A stretch of DNA of 64,000 nucleotides from a bacterium (GTDB taxonomy: Bacteria; Patescibacteriota; Patescibacteriia; SBBB01), in NCBI GenBank assembly GCA_005239895.1, contig SBBB01000022.1, positions 4,098 through 68,097 of the forward strand, written 5' to 3'. Position numbers and translations under genes: made by a program. Positions within the stretch are counted from its first letter, which is position 1. The number at the start of each line of letters is the position of its first letter. The notes under the pieces are model-generated. The model was not told where the DNA came from. It did no database searches and saw only the letters and a list, made by a program, of their open reading frames with translations. Shown one piece after another: positions 1 through 7,821 of this stretch.

Positions 1-88
1 GTCTTTAGTATCTAATCTGCCCGGTATCACAATTGCTAGTTTGGATGAATTAGGGTAGCCTTTTTCATATACAGCTATTTCAAAAGTT

Positions 89-976
89 TTAAGTTTTATG
101 ATTGTCATATTTTTGAATTTTAATAAGCGTTGAATTAAATAATAAATTTTTCTCTTTTTTTATTTCATCAATAATCAAACTAACCATTTCTGTGTAGGTA
201 TATTTTGGCAAATCAAGCTCTGTTAGTTCCGATAAATCATCTTTAAAAACTTCAGTTGATTCTTTAGCGTCAGTTGGCATGACCTTAACCCCTAAAGGAG
301 TTAATATATCCTTTGCTGTATCGTATCTCGATTTCATTGCAGAGCATGCAACAACAATGGATTGATTACAAATTTTTCTATTTATACAAACCTGAATTAC
401 ATCGCTTATATGCTTGATGTAAGTCGGTTGAAATAACCATGATGTATCATAAATAGCCAATACGTCTTCATCTAAATTTTTTAACAATCTATTAAAAGGT
501 CTGTCGTTGGTCGTGTTTGGGCTATAACCAAGAATAAGTGATGGACGAATGATAATATATCCATTTTTTACGGTTTTTACAATTTCTTCAGATTGTAGTT
601 TTGTTCTTCCATAAAGATTTTGTGGATTAATTGCAGCCATGCTTGATATATAGATCAGTAGAGCGCCTATTTGATTTGCAACGTCAACAATATATTTAGT
701 TGCAGTTTGATTAAGAAGCATGGCTGCTTCAGGATTAACATCGCACCATTTTGAACTAGCATTATTAGCAACATGAATTATTATTTTGGAACTATAATCA
801 TTAACAACTTTTTTAACATCATCTTCGTTTGTAATATTAAGATGCACTAAATTTTTAGAAAGTTGCTTGTTGCAATAAGTACCAACTACACTAAATTTTG
901 ACTGAAGATCAAAATATATTCTAGCACCTAAGTAACCACTTGCGCCTATGATTAAAATTTTAGTTTTATTTTCCAT
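89..976 (-). CDS. NAD(P)-dependent sugar-nucleotide epimerase/reductase (RmlD-like Rossmann fold)
   Basis: 295 aa ORF; N-terminal GxGxxG-like ILIIGASGYLG Rossmann motif; overall RmlD/epimerase-like. Confidence 0.55.
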   Translation of the reverse strand: MENKTKILIIGASGYLGARIYFDLQSKFSVVGTYCNKQLSKNLVHLNITNEDDVKKVVNDYSSKIIIHVANNASSKWCDVNPEAAMLLNQTATKYIVDVANQIGALLIYISSMAAINPQNLYGRTKLQSEEIVKTVKNGYIIIRPSLILGYSPNTTNDRPFNRLLKNLDEDVLAIYDTSWLFQPTYIKHISDVIQVCINRKICNQSIVVACSAMKSRYDTAKDILTPLGVKVMPTDAKESTEVFKDDLSELTELDLPKYTYTEMVSLIIDEIKKEKNLLFNSTLIKIQKYDNHKT

Positions 977-1067
977 AAACTCAAACTAATGAACTCTTTA
1001 ATTTGATCTTTACCAAACATCATTAATAGCCATGCTGTTTAGCGCTAGCTAAATTAAAATATAAACT

Positions 1068-1664
1068 CTATCTATTTTTATGTGTCCAAATATTTTCCCA
1101 CCACTCAGATACTTTTCCTTCTAAAATTTCTTTACCTAATTTTTTTGCGGACTTGGTCTTAAGATTCATATACTGAATATTTTTTTTGTTCTCGGGGCCC
1201 TTGCCCGCAAGCCAAATTTTAGCCTCAGAATTACCTTGATGGCTATACTCCTTTAATAAAAGAATTTGATCTAAAAGATCCGCGTCTTTAGCAATGACAG
1301 CTTCTCTGCTTTTTCTTACTTCAAACTCTGCGCTTATTTGCAACAAATCTTTAAATGGCAAATCTCCAAGCTGATCATTTAAAATTTCATTTTCAAAAAC
1401 TTTTACATATTTTTTATGCACATAATTATGATCACCACTGCGAATTTCATTGATATCATGCAAAAGCGCCATCATTACAGTTTTATAAGGATCAACCTTT
1501 TCTATTTTGGCTAAAAACCAAGCTATAAGAGCAACTCTATACGAATGAGTTGTGATATTGTCAGATAAATCCTGAGAGAGCAACATTTGTTGATGCATTC
1601 TAGGTATTTTTTTCATGGTACCAAGTTCAAACAAAAAATTTACTATTCTTTGATTGTTATTCAT
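1068..1664 (-). CDS. HD-domain phosphohydrolase (YfbR-like 5'-deoxynucleotidase family)
   Basis: 198 aa; H...HD...D metal-binding pattern (HSYRVA...LLHDINE...GD). Confidence 0.6.
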   Translation of the reverse strand: MNNNQRIVNFLFELGTMKKIPRMHQQMLLSQDLSDNITTHSYRVALIAWFLAKIEKVDPYKTVMMALLHDINEIRSGDHNYVHKKYVKVFENEILNDQLGDLPFKDLLQISAEFEVRKSREAVIAKDADLLDQILLLKEYSHQGNSEAKIWLAGKGPENKKNIQYMNLKTKSAKKLGKEILEGKVSEWWENIWTHKNR

Positions 1665-1762
1665 AAAAAAATATTACACTGCGTGTGACTTATACTAAAT
1701 ATTATAGAAGAGTTGACTTCCTGGGTCAATTTTAATTAGTTAAATCAACTGTATCTACCAAA

Positions 1763-1858
1763 ATAACTAAAAAACACTAAAAAAATACATATTACAAAAG
1801 GCCTTCATTGCTTATGAAAGGCCCAGTCCGTCACTCATCTATATTTACGAATGACGGA
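1763..1858 (-). terminator. Conserved 96-nt 3' element, copy 1 (two tandem hairpins and a U-run on the minus strand), downstream of LuxR gene 1
   Basis: Read on the minus strand: hairpin CCGTCATTC..GAATGACGG, then GGGCCTTTCAT-AAGCA-ATGAAGGCC followed by TTTTGTAATATGTATTTTTTT. Identical to 3713-3809. Confidence 0.6.
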
Positions 1859-1888
1859 CAAAAAAATAAAAACTATTATTACTCGTCG

Positions 1889-2293
1889 TTACTTGAGTAA
1901 CATGGCTAGTACCTCTAACCTAGATGTTGCGTCTGTCTTTCTCCTGATATGACGCATGTGCTCTCTAACGGTTTCGGTTGTCACATTAAGCATCTCGCCA
2001 ATATGCTCATCTTGCAAACCCTTAACAAGATACTTCACTATATCTGCTTCGCGATTAGTAAATACACCCATCTCAGGTTTGATCAAAACCAAATCCCCCA
2101 AAGAGATGTGCAAAGCATCCAGGTATCTTAAAATAATAAGAGCAACTTTGGTTTTTACAGTCTTTGCATCAAACCCTGCACCATCGCTGTTTTTCTTGAC
2201 ACCCATAACATGCTGAGCCAGGTCAAGAAGCTCCATAACATCCGTTGTTAAATCTGAAATTATTAAGTCGGGTTTACTGTTATTTGGTTTCAT
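1889..2293 (-). CDS. LuxR/GerE-family HTH transcriptional regulator (small, C-terminal HTH)
   Basis: 134 aa; C-terminal ...NREADIVKYLVKGLQDEHIGEMLNVTTETVREHMRHIRRKTDATSRLEVLAMLL typical GerE/LuxR HTH. Confidence 0.65.
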   Translation of the reverse strand: MKPNNSKPDLIISDLTTDVMELLDLAQHVMGVKKNSDGAGFDAKTVKTKVALIILRYLDALHISLGDLVLIKPEMGVFTNREADIVKYLVKGLQDEHIGEMLNVTTETVREHMRHIRRKTDATSRLEVLAMLLK

Positions 2294-2400
2294 CTGAACT
2301 GTAACACATTGTATTTACACTCCTTTCTTATCGGCTACGATTGTTATACATTGTATTGCAAGCCTTAATTCTAAGCCCAAAATATAAACTATATCATACA

Positions 2401-2429
2401 AGAGTAGCGTATTAACACTGTTTTGTCAA
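2401..2429 (-). promoter_or_regulatory. Putative sigma70-like promoter of LuxR gene 1 (TTGACA-17-TACTCT on minus strand)
   Basis: Minus-strand TTGACA at 2424-2429 and TACTCT at 2401-2406. The same architecture and flanking motif AGTAGCGTAT..TTTTGTCAA recur upstream of LuxR gene 2. Confidence 0.4.
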
Positions 2430-2496
2430 CAAAACTAATTAATAAAAATTTTTAAAAAGAAAATAAATATATCAATAATTATTTTGAAAAAATACT

Positions 2497-2530
2497 GGCA
2501 CACGCAACTAAACTTTCTTTGCGTGTGCCA
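2497..2530 (-). terminator. GC-rich hairpin GGCACACGC-N15-GCGTGTGCC followed by U-rich tract on minus strand (terminator of ORF 2559-3437)
   Basis: Perfect 9-bp inverted repeat. A paralogous hairpin at 4583-4616 carries the compensatory pair A/T to G/C. Confidence 0.5.
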
Positions 2531-2558
2531 TATCGTTAAAGCATATGAATAATATTTA

Positions 2559-3437
2559 TCACTGCTTGACATGATCTCTTTTTTGCATTTCTGACCATGG
2601 TATTTTTCCTGCATTATTATACTTCTCGCGCATTGACCGCGCATATAAACTAGTTAGCAGGTTATGGACGCGATTACTCCCCTTGCGCCACAGCAAGCTT
2701 AACTTGGTCGCAAGGTTTTGTGTATTGCGAGTGGACTGAATAATATATGGAGACTTATGTGTATTTTTTGGACGAACTGATCCACTGGATATTGATACTA
2801 CTTTTTTAACAGGTTGAGGTGTTACGACTTTAAATCTCTGAACCTCCATAAATGTCAAAACTATTAAACGTGTGCAAAAATTGACATAACCATGCTCCTC
2901 AATGAACCCTAATTTAAACAAAATTGAAAAATGGGAATTAATACTTGAGATTTTATGATCGTCCTTTTCAGATAACCATACCAACATCATAAAAGCATTA
3001 ATATCACTACACTTCAGATCGTCAATTGTTCGCACAGCCTGAATAGTTCTATCCATAACGTCCATCTGAGACTGACTTGTTTGACTTGAAATTTTATAAT
3101 CCTGTTTCTGTGCCTTGATTGGACTATAAAAATCTAATATTATAGCCAAAATAATACGCACGGGAAAATCAACGCGACCACGGTTCTCTTCACTGTTACC
3201 TTGACCTACTCCAGCATCTATTGTGATAAGCCCTAAATCATCTAAAATTAAAAACGCTGAGTGGTCAGACAGAATAAACACATCATTATATGACAGTGTT
3301 TTCAACATCTGAAAAGCCGCAATCATGTTTTGGTCTGTGCTCTTTCTTAGTTTATTGATCGCGTTGAGTTTATCACTAATATAATCCGCTATGCTCTTTG
3401 CACCTTGCTTTTGATCCATGTCTCTCCTTTCAATCAA
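2559..3437 (-). CDS. hypothetical protein (island-specific, higher GC)
   Basis: 292 aa ORF with no recognised motif; codon composition is GC-richer than the core genome. Confidence 0.45.
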   Translation of the reverse strand: MIERRDMDQKQGAKSIADYISDKLNAINKLRKSTDQNMIAAFQMLKTLSYNDVFILSDHSAFLILDDLGLITIDAGVGQGNSEENRGRVDFPVRIILAIILDFYSPIKAQKQDYKISSQTSQSQMDVMDRTIQAVRTIDDLKCSDINAFMMLVWLSEKDDHKISSINSHFSILFKLGFIEEHGYVNFCTRLIVLTFMEVQRFKVVTPQPVKKVVSISSGSVRPKNTHKSPYIIQSTRNTQNLATKLSLLWRKGSNRVHNLLTSLYARSMREKYNNAGKIPWSEMQKRDHVKQ

Positions 3438-3607
3438 AAAGTGTTAGAAAACTAATTGTAAGCGTCGGTGTCGGTAATCACAAAATATCACACAATACAC
3501 AAAAATGTCAATTACCAACACTACCAACGCAAGACTAATTTATATGTAAAATTGCATGAAAACTTAACAAATCTACACATAAATGATATTGATAATGACT
3601 GTGCATA

Positions 3608-3745
3608 ATGGTTTTACACGTAACACGTTTTTACGGTTCATGTACGGATAAACAATTGGTATTGTTTTCTAGAAACTTTATTGGCATTCAGCACTTAGAT
3701 AAACCGCTACAAATAACTAAAAAACACTAAAAAAAATACATATTA
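3608..3745 (+). pseudogene. Truncated paralog of ORF 4771-5196 (39-aa remnant MVLHVTRFYGSCTDKQLVLFSRNFIGIQHLDK...)
   Basis: DNA and peptide homology to the N-terminal region of the 141-aa ORF (FYGSCT..QL..FSR..IGIQH.DK). The reading frame terminates inside the 96-nt repeat element. Confidence 0.4.
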
Positions 3746-3809
3746 CAAAAGGCCTTCATTGCTTATGAAAGGCCCAGTCCGTCACTCATCTATATTTACG
3801 AATGACGGA
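3713..3809 (-). terminator. Conserved 96-nt 3' element, copy 2, downstream of LuxR gene 2
   Basis: Identical to 1763-1858 except for one extra A. Confidence 0.6.
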
Positions 3810-3823
3810 TAAAAATTTATAAT

Positions 3824-4282
3824 TCATAATTTCAACATTCTCGCTATCAGTTGTAACCTTGAGGTTACTCCTGTCTTACCGCGAATATGGCGCATATGAT
3901 CTCTTATGGTTTCAACACTAATCTCCAACGCAGTTCCAATGTTTTTATCCGAGAAACCGTTTAGTAAGTACCACACAACATGTTTCTCGCGAGGAGTAAA
4001 TCGAACATCTTCTAATCTAGCTAAAACTAGATCTCTTAATGAAATGTTGAGTATTTGTATGCACTTTAACAAAGAAACAACCACCTCTTTCTTGTGCTCT
4101 TCGATCTGCTGCTTTAATCTAGGGCTCTGTTGCTGAAGTTTTGCAATCTTTTTTTCAAGCTCAGCAATCTGTTTCTTGACTATTATAATACCTGTAATGC
4201 GTTGCCGACTTCTATGATTTAGTCGACTTCTATGGTTTGCTTTTTTAATCAAGGTTGCTTTTTTAATCAAGGCTAATTTCAT
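3824..4282 (-). CDS. LuxR/GerE-family HTH transcriptional regulator (paralog 2, coiled-coil N-terminus)
   Basis: C-terminal HTH ...PREKHVVWYLLNGFSDKNIGTALEISVETIRDHMRHIRGKTGVTSRLQLIARML. Start chosen at MKLALIKK, which follows GGAGG (ATGAGGAGGAATATCATG). The ORF track extends to 4327. Confidence 0.6.
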   Translation of the reverse strand: MKLALIKKATLIKKANHRSRLNHRSRQRITGIIIVKKQIAELEKKIAKLQQQSPRLKQQIEEHKKEVVVSLLKCIQILNISLRDLVLARLEDVRFTPREKHVVWYLLNGFSDKNIGTALEISVETIRDHMRHIRGKTGVTSRLQLIARMLKL

Positions 4283-4361
4283 GATATTCCTCCTCATTTG
4301 CCATCTTACGGTTGCTGTACCTTGCATTACCTGAATTCTAAAAAATATGAACCTTGCTATA

Positions 4362-4390
4362 AAAGTAGCGTATAAGTCTTATTTTGTCAA
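4362..4390 (-). promoter_or_regulatory. Putative promoter of LuxR gene 2 (TTGACA-17-TACTTT on minus strand)
   Basis: Minus-strand TTGACA at 4385-4390; conserved with the 2401-2429 region. Confidence 0.4.
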
Positions 4391-4426
4391 TAGTGAAAAA
4401 GTTTATAAAGTTAAAATTTTAGATCG

Positions 4427-4466
4427 TGACACCCTATCACGATCGTGACGAAGTGTCACGGCAATA
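4427..4466. promoter_or_regulatory. Nested palindrome CGTGACAC-N-TCACGATCGTGA-N-GTGTCACG (operator-like site)
   Basis: 12-bp perfect palindrome TCACGATCGTGA embedded in an 8-bp inverted repeat. It lies in the divergent region between LuxR gene 2 and the 141-aa ORF. Confidence 0.35.
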
Positions 4467-4582
4467 ATATTTAAATCACATTTACTTAATTAAATTTTTC
4501 AAAAATAAATAAAACGAAGACACTTGGTGCGATCGCATCAAATATCACATAATAATATAAAATAAGACCTAAATAAATACGG

Positions 4583-4616
4583 GCACGCGCTATAAAACTT
4601 TCTTTGCGCGTGCCAT
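4583..4616 (-). terminator. GC-rich hairpin GGCACGCGC-N15-GCGCGTGCC (paralog of 2497-2530)
   Basis: Perfect 9-bp inverted repeat, with a conserved loop (aaactttcttt) and flanks. Confidence 0.45.
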
Positions 4617-4770
4617 CAAATTAGAATGGATAATAAACCTCATTGAAAGAGCAATATTACTACCGAAAAATATAAATTTGACAAATCTGCAGCCAAATGA
4701 TATTTATAATAGCTGTACGCAATGGTTTTATGCGTAACTAATGAAACATCAAACCATATAGGAGGATCAA

Positions 4771-5196
4771 ATGGGACAAACAACCCAAACAAAACTGGTA
4801 ACATATTTTTACGGATCATGCACACTTGAACAATTGGCATCATTTTCTAGAGATGTTATTGGCATTCAGCATTCAGACAAACTGCCAAAAAACAATATAG
4901 TAATGCCGATATCTGTAATGCGCCAAAGATTTCACCGGGTTTATTGCGAGCAGGGCCAAATAATTGAACCGCCCCGTGTAATGGGTTTTCGCAATATATT
5001 GGTTGGAATATACGAACACACAAAAATCTCTAAAGCCAAATGGAAATCAAAAAGAAAAAATATCTTAATAGTACAACGAACTAACGACAACGAATTTATT
5101 CTAAAACTCGAGCAAGTAAATCGTAATAGTAATTACCATTACATACTTACCAAGCTTGACATCAAGCTCACACACCTCGAGCTAGACCATAAATAG
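4771..5196 (+). CDS. hypothetical protein (141 aa), full-length member of the family truncated at 3608-3745
   Basis: Strong SD AGGAGG 5 nt upstream of the ATG. A paralogous fragment with mostly synonymous differences supports it being a real coding gene. Confidence 0.5.
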   Translation: MGQTTQTKLVTYFYGSCTLEQLASFSRDVIGIQHSDKLPKNNIVMPISVMRQRFHRVYCEQGQIIEPPRVMGFRNILVGIYEHTKISKAKWKSKRKNILIVQRTNDNEFILKLEQVNRNSNYHYILTKLDIKLTHLELDHK

Positions 5197-5323
5197 TTAA
5201 ACTGCTACACAAAAAACACGCAAGGAGGGAATGTCCGATTACGTTCCCTTCTTGCACAAACAAATATTTAAATAAGCTATAAAAATTTTAAATATTCGTA
5301 CTTTAATTTTTTAAAAAAACAAG

Positions 5324-5354
5324 GTTCGCTATCCCATCTTACGACAGCGAACCT
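5324..5354 (-). terminator. Rho-independent terminator of the PurM-like gene (GGTTCGCT-N15-AGCGAACC plus TTGTTTTTTT on minus)
   Basis: 8-bp perfect stem followed by a U-run on the minus strand. Confidence 0.6.
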
Positions 5355-5396
5355 AAAATTAAAATTTTAAATTTGATAATTGCCTAACACCAAGCA

Positions 5397-6578
5397 TCAT
5401 CTAACTCTAAGTGTGGAGCCTAAATACTCTAAACCTTTCGGTTTAATGATAACTGATTTGCTATTACTCTGTTCAATATGTCCAGCGCGAAACGCTACGA
5501 GCTTATTTGTAGTAGCGATTCTGATAACATGATCTACATCAGCTTCCGAAACATAGAGCGCAAAACCAGCGCCCATATTCCAGTTACCGTACGCCTCCCT
5601 ATCATCCACTGGACCATACCTCTGCATAACATCAAATATCAATTGTTGTTTTGGTAAACGATCGATAATGTAGGCAAATGGTTGTGTTGCTCGCATAAGC
5701 TTGCGCCATCCATGACCCGTAATATTTACCGCGTAATGAATGTCCACTCCGCTACTAATACAGTCTTCAACCAGCCCAACATAAATATGAGTTGGATCAA
5801 GCAATGTTTCTCCGTACGTTCGCCCGTCATCGAGTTTGGTCAAATAACCATCAGATAAAACACGAGGCGGAAACCAATTAGGTATTAAAAAGAAATTTAC
5901 CACTGCTTTCCAGAACCTGTGCTTTCTTTCACCAATCTCTCGCGCCATTGTGAGTCCATTAGCATGAATACCCGAACTCTCAATCATAACAATCGCATCA
6001 CCATGTTTAATGTTTGCTGGATTGATAACATTCTTCTTGGATTTAACTCTACCTACAGCAGCGCCGGCAAGTATAACTGTTTTTGGCATCACCATATCTT
6101 TCACTGTTTGAGTTTCGCCACAACCCCATGTGCAACGCGCTAAATTACAAGCGTTTTTAGTACCTCGACTGAAGTCTCTATAACGCTTCTCATCTGTAAA
6201 CCAACTTGATTTACCTGCTGCGACAAATATCATAAATACATGCGGAAATACGCCAGACGCAACCAGGTCATTTACAACCATAGCCACATTACACTGCGCG
6301 ATATGGTCGTAATAAGACTTGCCAGTGAGACGATACATAGCATCGGCTACTAGATTCTTTGTGCCCAATCCTTCTATAGTACCTCCCCAATAACAATCAT
6401 CCACTTCCATAAGATAAGCGCTCTCACCGCGACTCCACCTGGCTTCTTTAAAATCTCCATTACTGAAGTGATAGATGTTGTTTGAGGTGTCACAACCATC
6501 TATTTGCGATATTCTCTTGGTTAGATCCATCGCATCATAATTTACTCCAACTCCATCATAAGTCATTTTGCCTGCCAT
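5397..6578 (-). CDS. AIR synthase (PurM)-family protein
   Basis: PurM-like motifs GLGTKNLVA, VAMVVNDLVASG, GETLLDPTHIYV, NITGHG, WNMGAGFALYV; carries an N-terminal extension. Confidence 0.65.
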   Translation of the reverse strand: MAGKMTYDGVGVNYDAMDLTKRISQIDGCDTSNNIYHFSNGDFKEARWSRGESAYLMEVDDCYWGGTIEGLGTKNLVADAMYRLTGKSYYDHIAQCNVAMVVNDLVASGVFPHVFMIFVAAGKSSWFTDEKRYRDFSRGTKNACNLARCTWGCGETQTVKDMVMPKTVILAGAAVGRVKSKKNVINPANIKHGDAIVMIESSGIHANGLTMAREIGERKHRFWKAVVNFFLIPNWFPPRVLSDGYLTKLDDGRTYGETLLDPTHIYVGLVEDCISSGVDIHYAVNITGHGWRKLMRATQPFAYIIDRLPKQQLIFDVMQRYGPVDDREAYGNWNMGAGFALYVSEADVDHVIRIATTNKLVAFRAGHIEQSNSKSVIIKPKGLEYLGSTLRVR

Positions 6579-6702
6579 TGATTTTCCTCCTTTGATCTAA
6601 ATTTAAAACACTATCATCCGCGCCAACAAGTATTCTTAATTAAGGAATAGCATATTACAGATCTATGTCAACGATGAGAATAATATACAAACAACTACAT
6701 AA

Positions 6703-7158
6703 TTATTCTATTATATCTGCTATAATTCCATCCCACACTTTTTCTAATTCTTTAGATTTAATTTCAATACCGATTTCTGCTTTTCCGCTTCCAATATTTA
6801 CCACTTCAGTTTTAAAAATACTTTTATCAATAATTTTCTTTATATTTTTTTCAATACCAAAAGGCGTAACTCCGCCAATTGTATAACCAGTTATTTCTTC
6901 AACTTCATTTGGTTTTGCCATTCGTAATTCTTTTTGATTTACAATCTCTTTCAATTTATTTATATTAACCCGTTTGTCTCCTGGTAAAACAATGATAACT
7001 GGTTCAGTTTCACCTATAAAAACAAGTGTTTTTAAAACTTGCTTAAGTTCACACCCATAAATCCTTTCTACGTCTTGAGCTGTTTTTGGAACTTCGTCTA
7101 GTTCTATTATTTTAAATTCTATATTTTTACTTTTAAGATAATCTGTGCTTTTATTCAT
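6703..7158 (-). CDS. YbaK/ProX-type aminoacyl-tRNA deacylase domain protein
   Basis: 151 aa; overall similarity to YbaK/ProX editing domains (..ITGYTIGGVTPFG..). Confidence 0.6.
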   Translation of the reverse strand: MNKSTDYLKSKNIEFKIIELDEVPKTAQDVERIYGCELKQVLKTLVFIGETEPVIIVLPGDKRVNINKLKEIVNQKELRMAKPNEVEEITGYTIGGVTPFGIEKNIKKIIDKSIFKTEVVNIGSGKAEIGIEIKSKELEKVWDGIIADIIE

Positions 7159-7260
7159 AAAATGATTTTAATTAAATCTTAATAATTATTAACTTAGGTG
7201 CCTTGCTCCTAAGTTGTTGCTACGTAAATGTGCTTGCACTACGAAGCCTTGGCGAAGTAG

Positions 7261-7331
7261 TGGACCTGAGGGGAATCGGACCCCTGCCATCCGGATGCAA
7301 ACCGGATACACTACCACTATGCTACAGGCCC
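7261..7331 (-). tRNA. tRNA-Ala (anticodon UGC)
   Basis: Minus-strand cloverleaf: acceptor GGGCCTG/CAGGTCC with a G3:U70 pair, anticodon arm TCCGG-TTTGCAT-CCGGA, discriminator A. The T-loop is atypical (TCCGATT). Confidence 0.55.
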
Positions 7332-7479
7332 TAAATATAAAATTAAAAATTCTAAAACCTAAAATCTAAACAAAGCAAAAACTCAAATGTTTCAAACTAA
7401 AATAGTTTAAAGTTTTGTATTTTAAATATTTAAGTTTGTTTGGGATTTAGGATTTATCTATAATTTTTAATTCTAATCT

Positions 7480-7734
7480 TTATAAAATGCCACCAAATAA
7501 GGGTTTAATTATAGACAATACAATTTCACCCAAAAAACCAGTGAGATATAAAAAGGCTATAACCATTATTAATATACCCAAAAGTTTATAAAATAATCTA
7601 GTGCCACCTTGTAATCCTAGATACTTTTCAGCAAAATCTACGCGACCAAAATTTTCTAATAGCCACTCTGATTTTGATACTATTAAAAAACCTAAAACAA
7701 TCCCCAAGGGACCAAAAATCAAACGTAATATCAT
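7480..7734 (-). CDS. small membrane protein (84 aa)
   Basis: Two to three hydrophobic helices; no other evidence. Confidence 0.35.
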   Translation of the reverse strand: MILRLIFGPLGIVLGFLIVSKSEWLLENFGRVDFAEKYLGLQGGTRLFYKLLGILIMVIAFLYLTGFLGEIVLSIIKPLFGGIL

Positions 7735-7821
7735 ATAATTAATAAATTATTTTAAACTAATTGATAATTTAATAATTTTATTATATCTATTAGTTCTAAA
7801 GAACACAATACTTTTTTTAAG

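Noticed and set aside
1949-2216. Plus-strand ORFs of 60 and 86 aa antisense to the LuxR-family gene
   Set aside because: Fully embedded antisense to a well-supported CDS, with no RBS and low-complexity translation; typical spurious AT-rich ORFs. The same reasoning applies to 3906-4136, 5919-6143, 6665-6886, 12848-13123, 19187-19426, 19626-19862, 27429-27748, 30307-30501, 33500-33700, 34800-35198, 36541-36780, 37807-38061, 39957-40178, 45121-46173, 51044-51238, 52009-52617, 52809-53057 and 60668-60868.
7190-7260. Integrase or attachment-site direct repeat next to tRNA-Ala
   Set aside because: No integrase-like ORF and no obvious repeat of the tRNA 3' end inside 1-7200. The island call rests on composition and gene content only.
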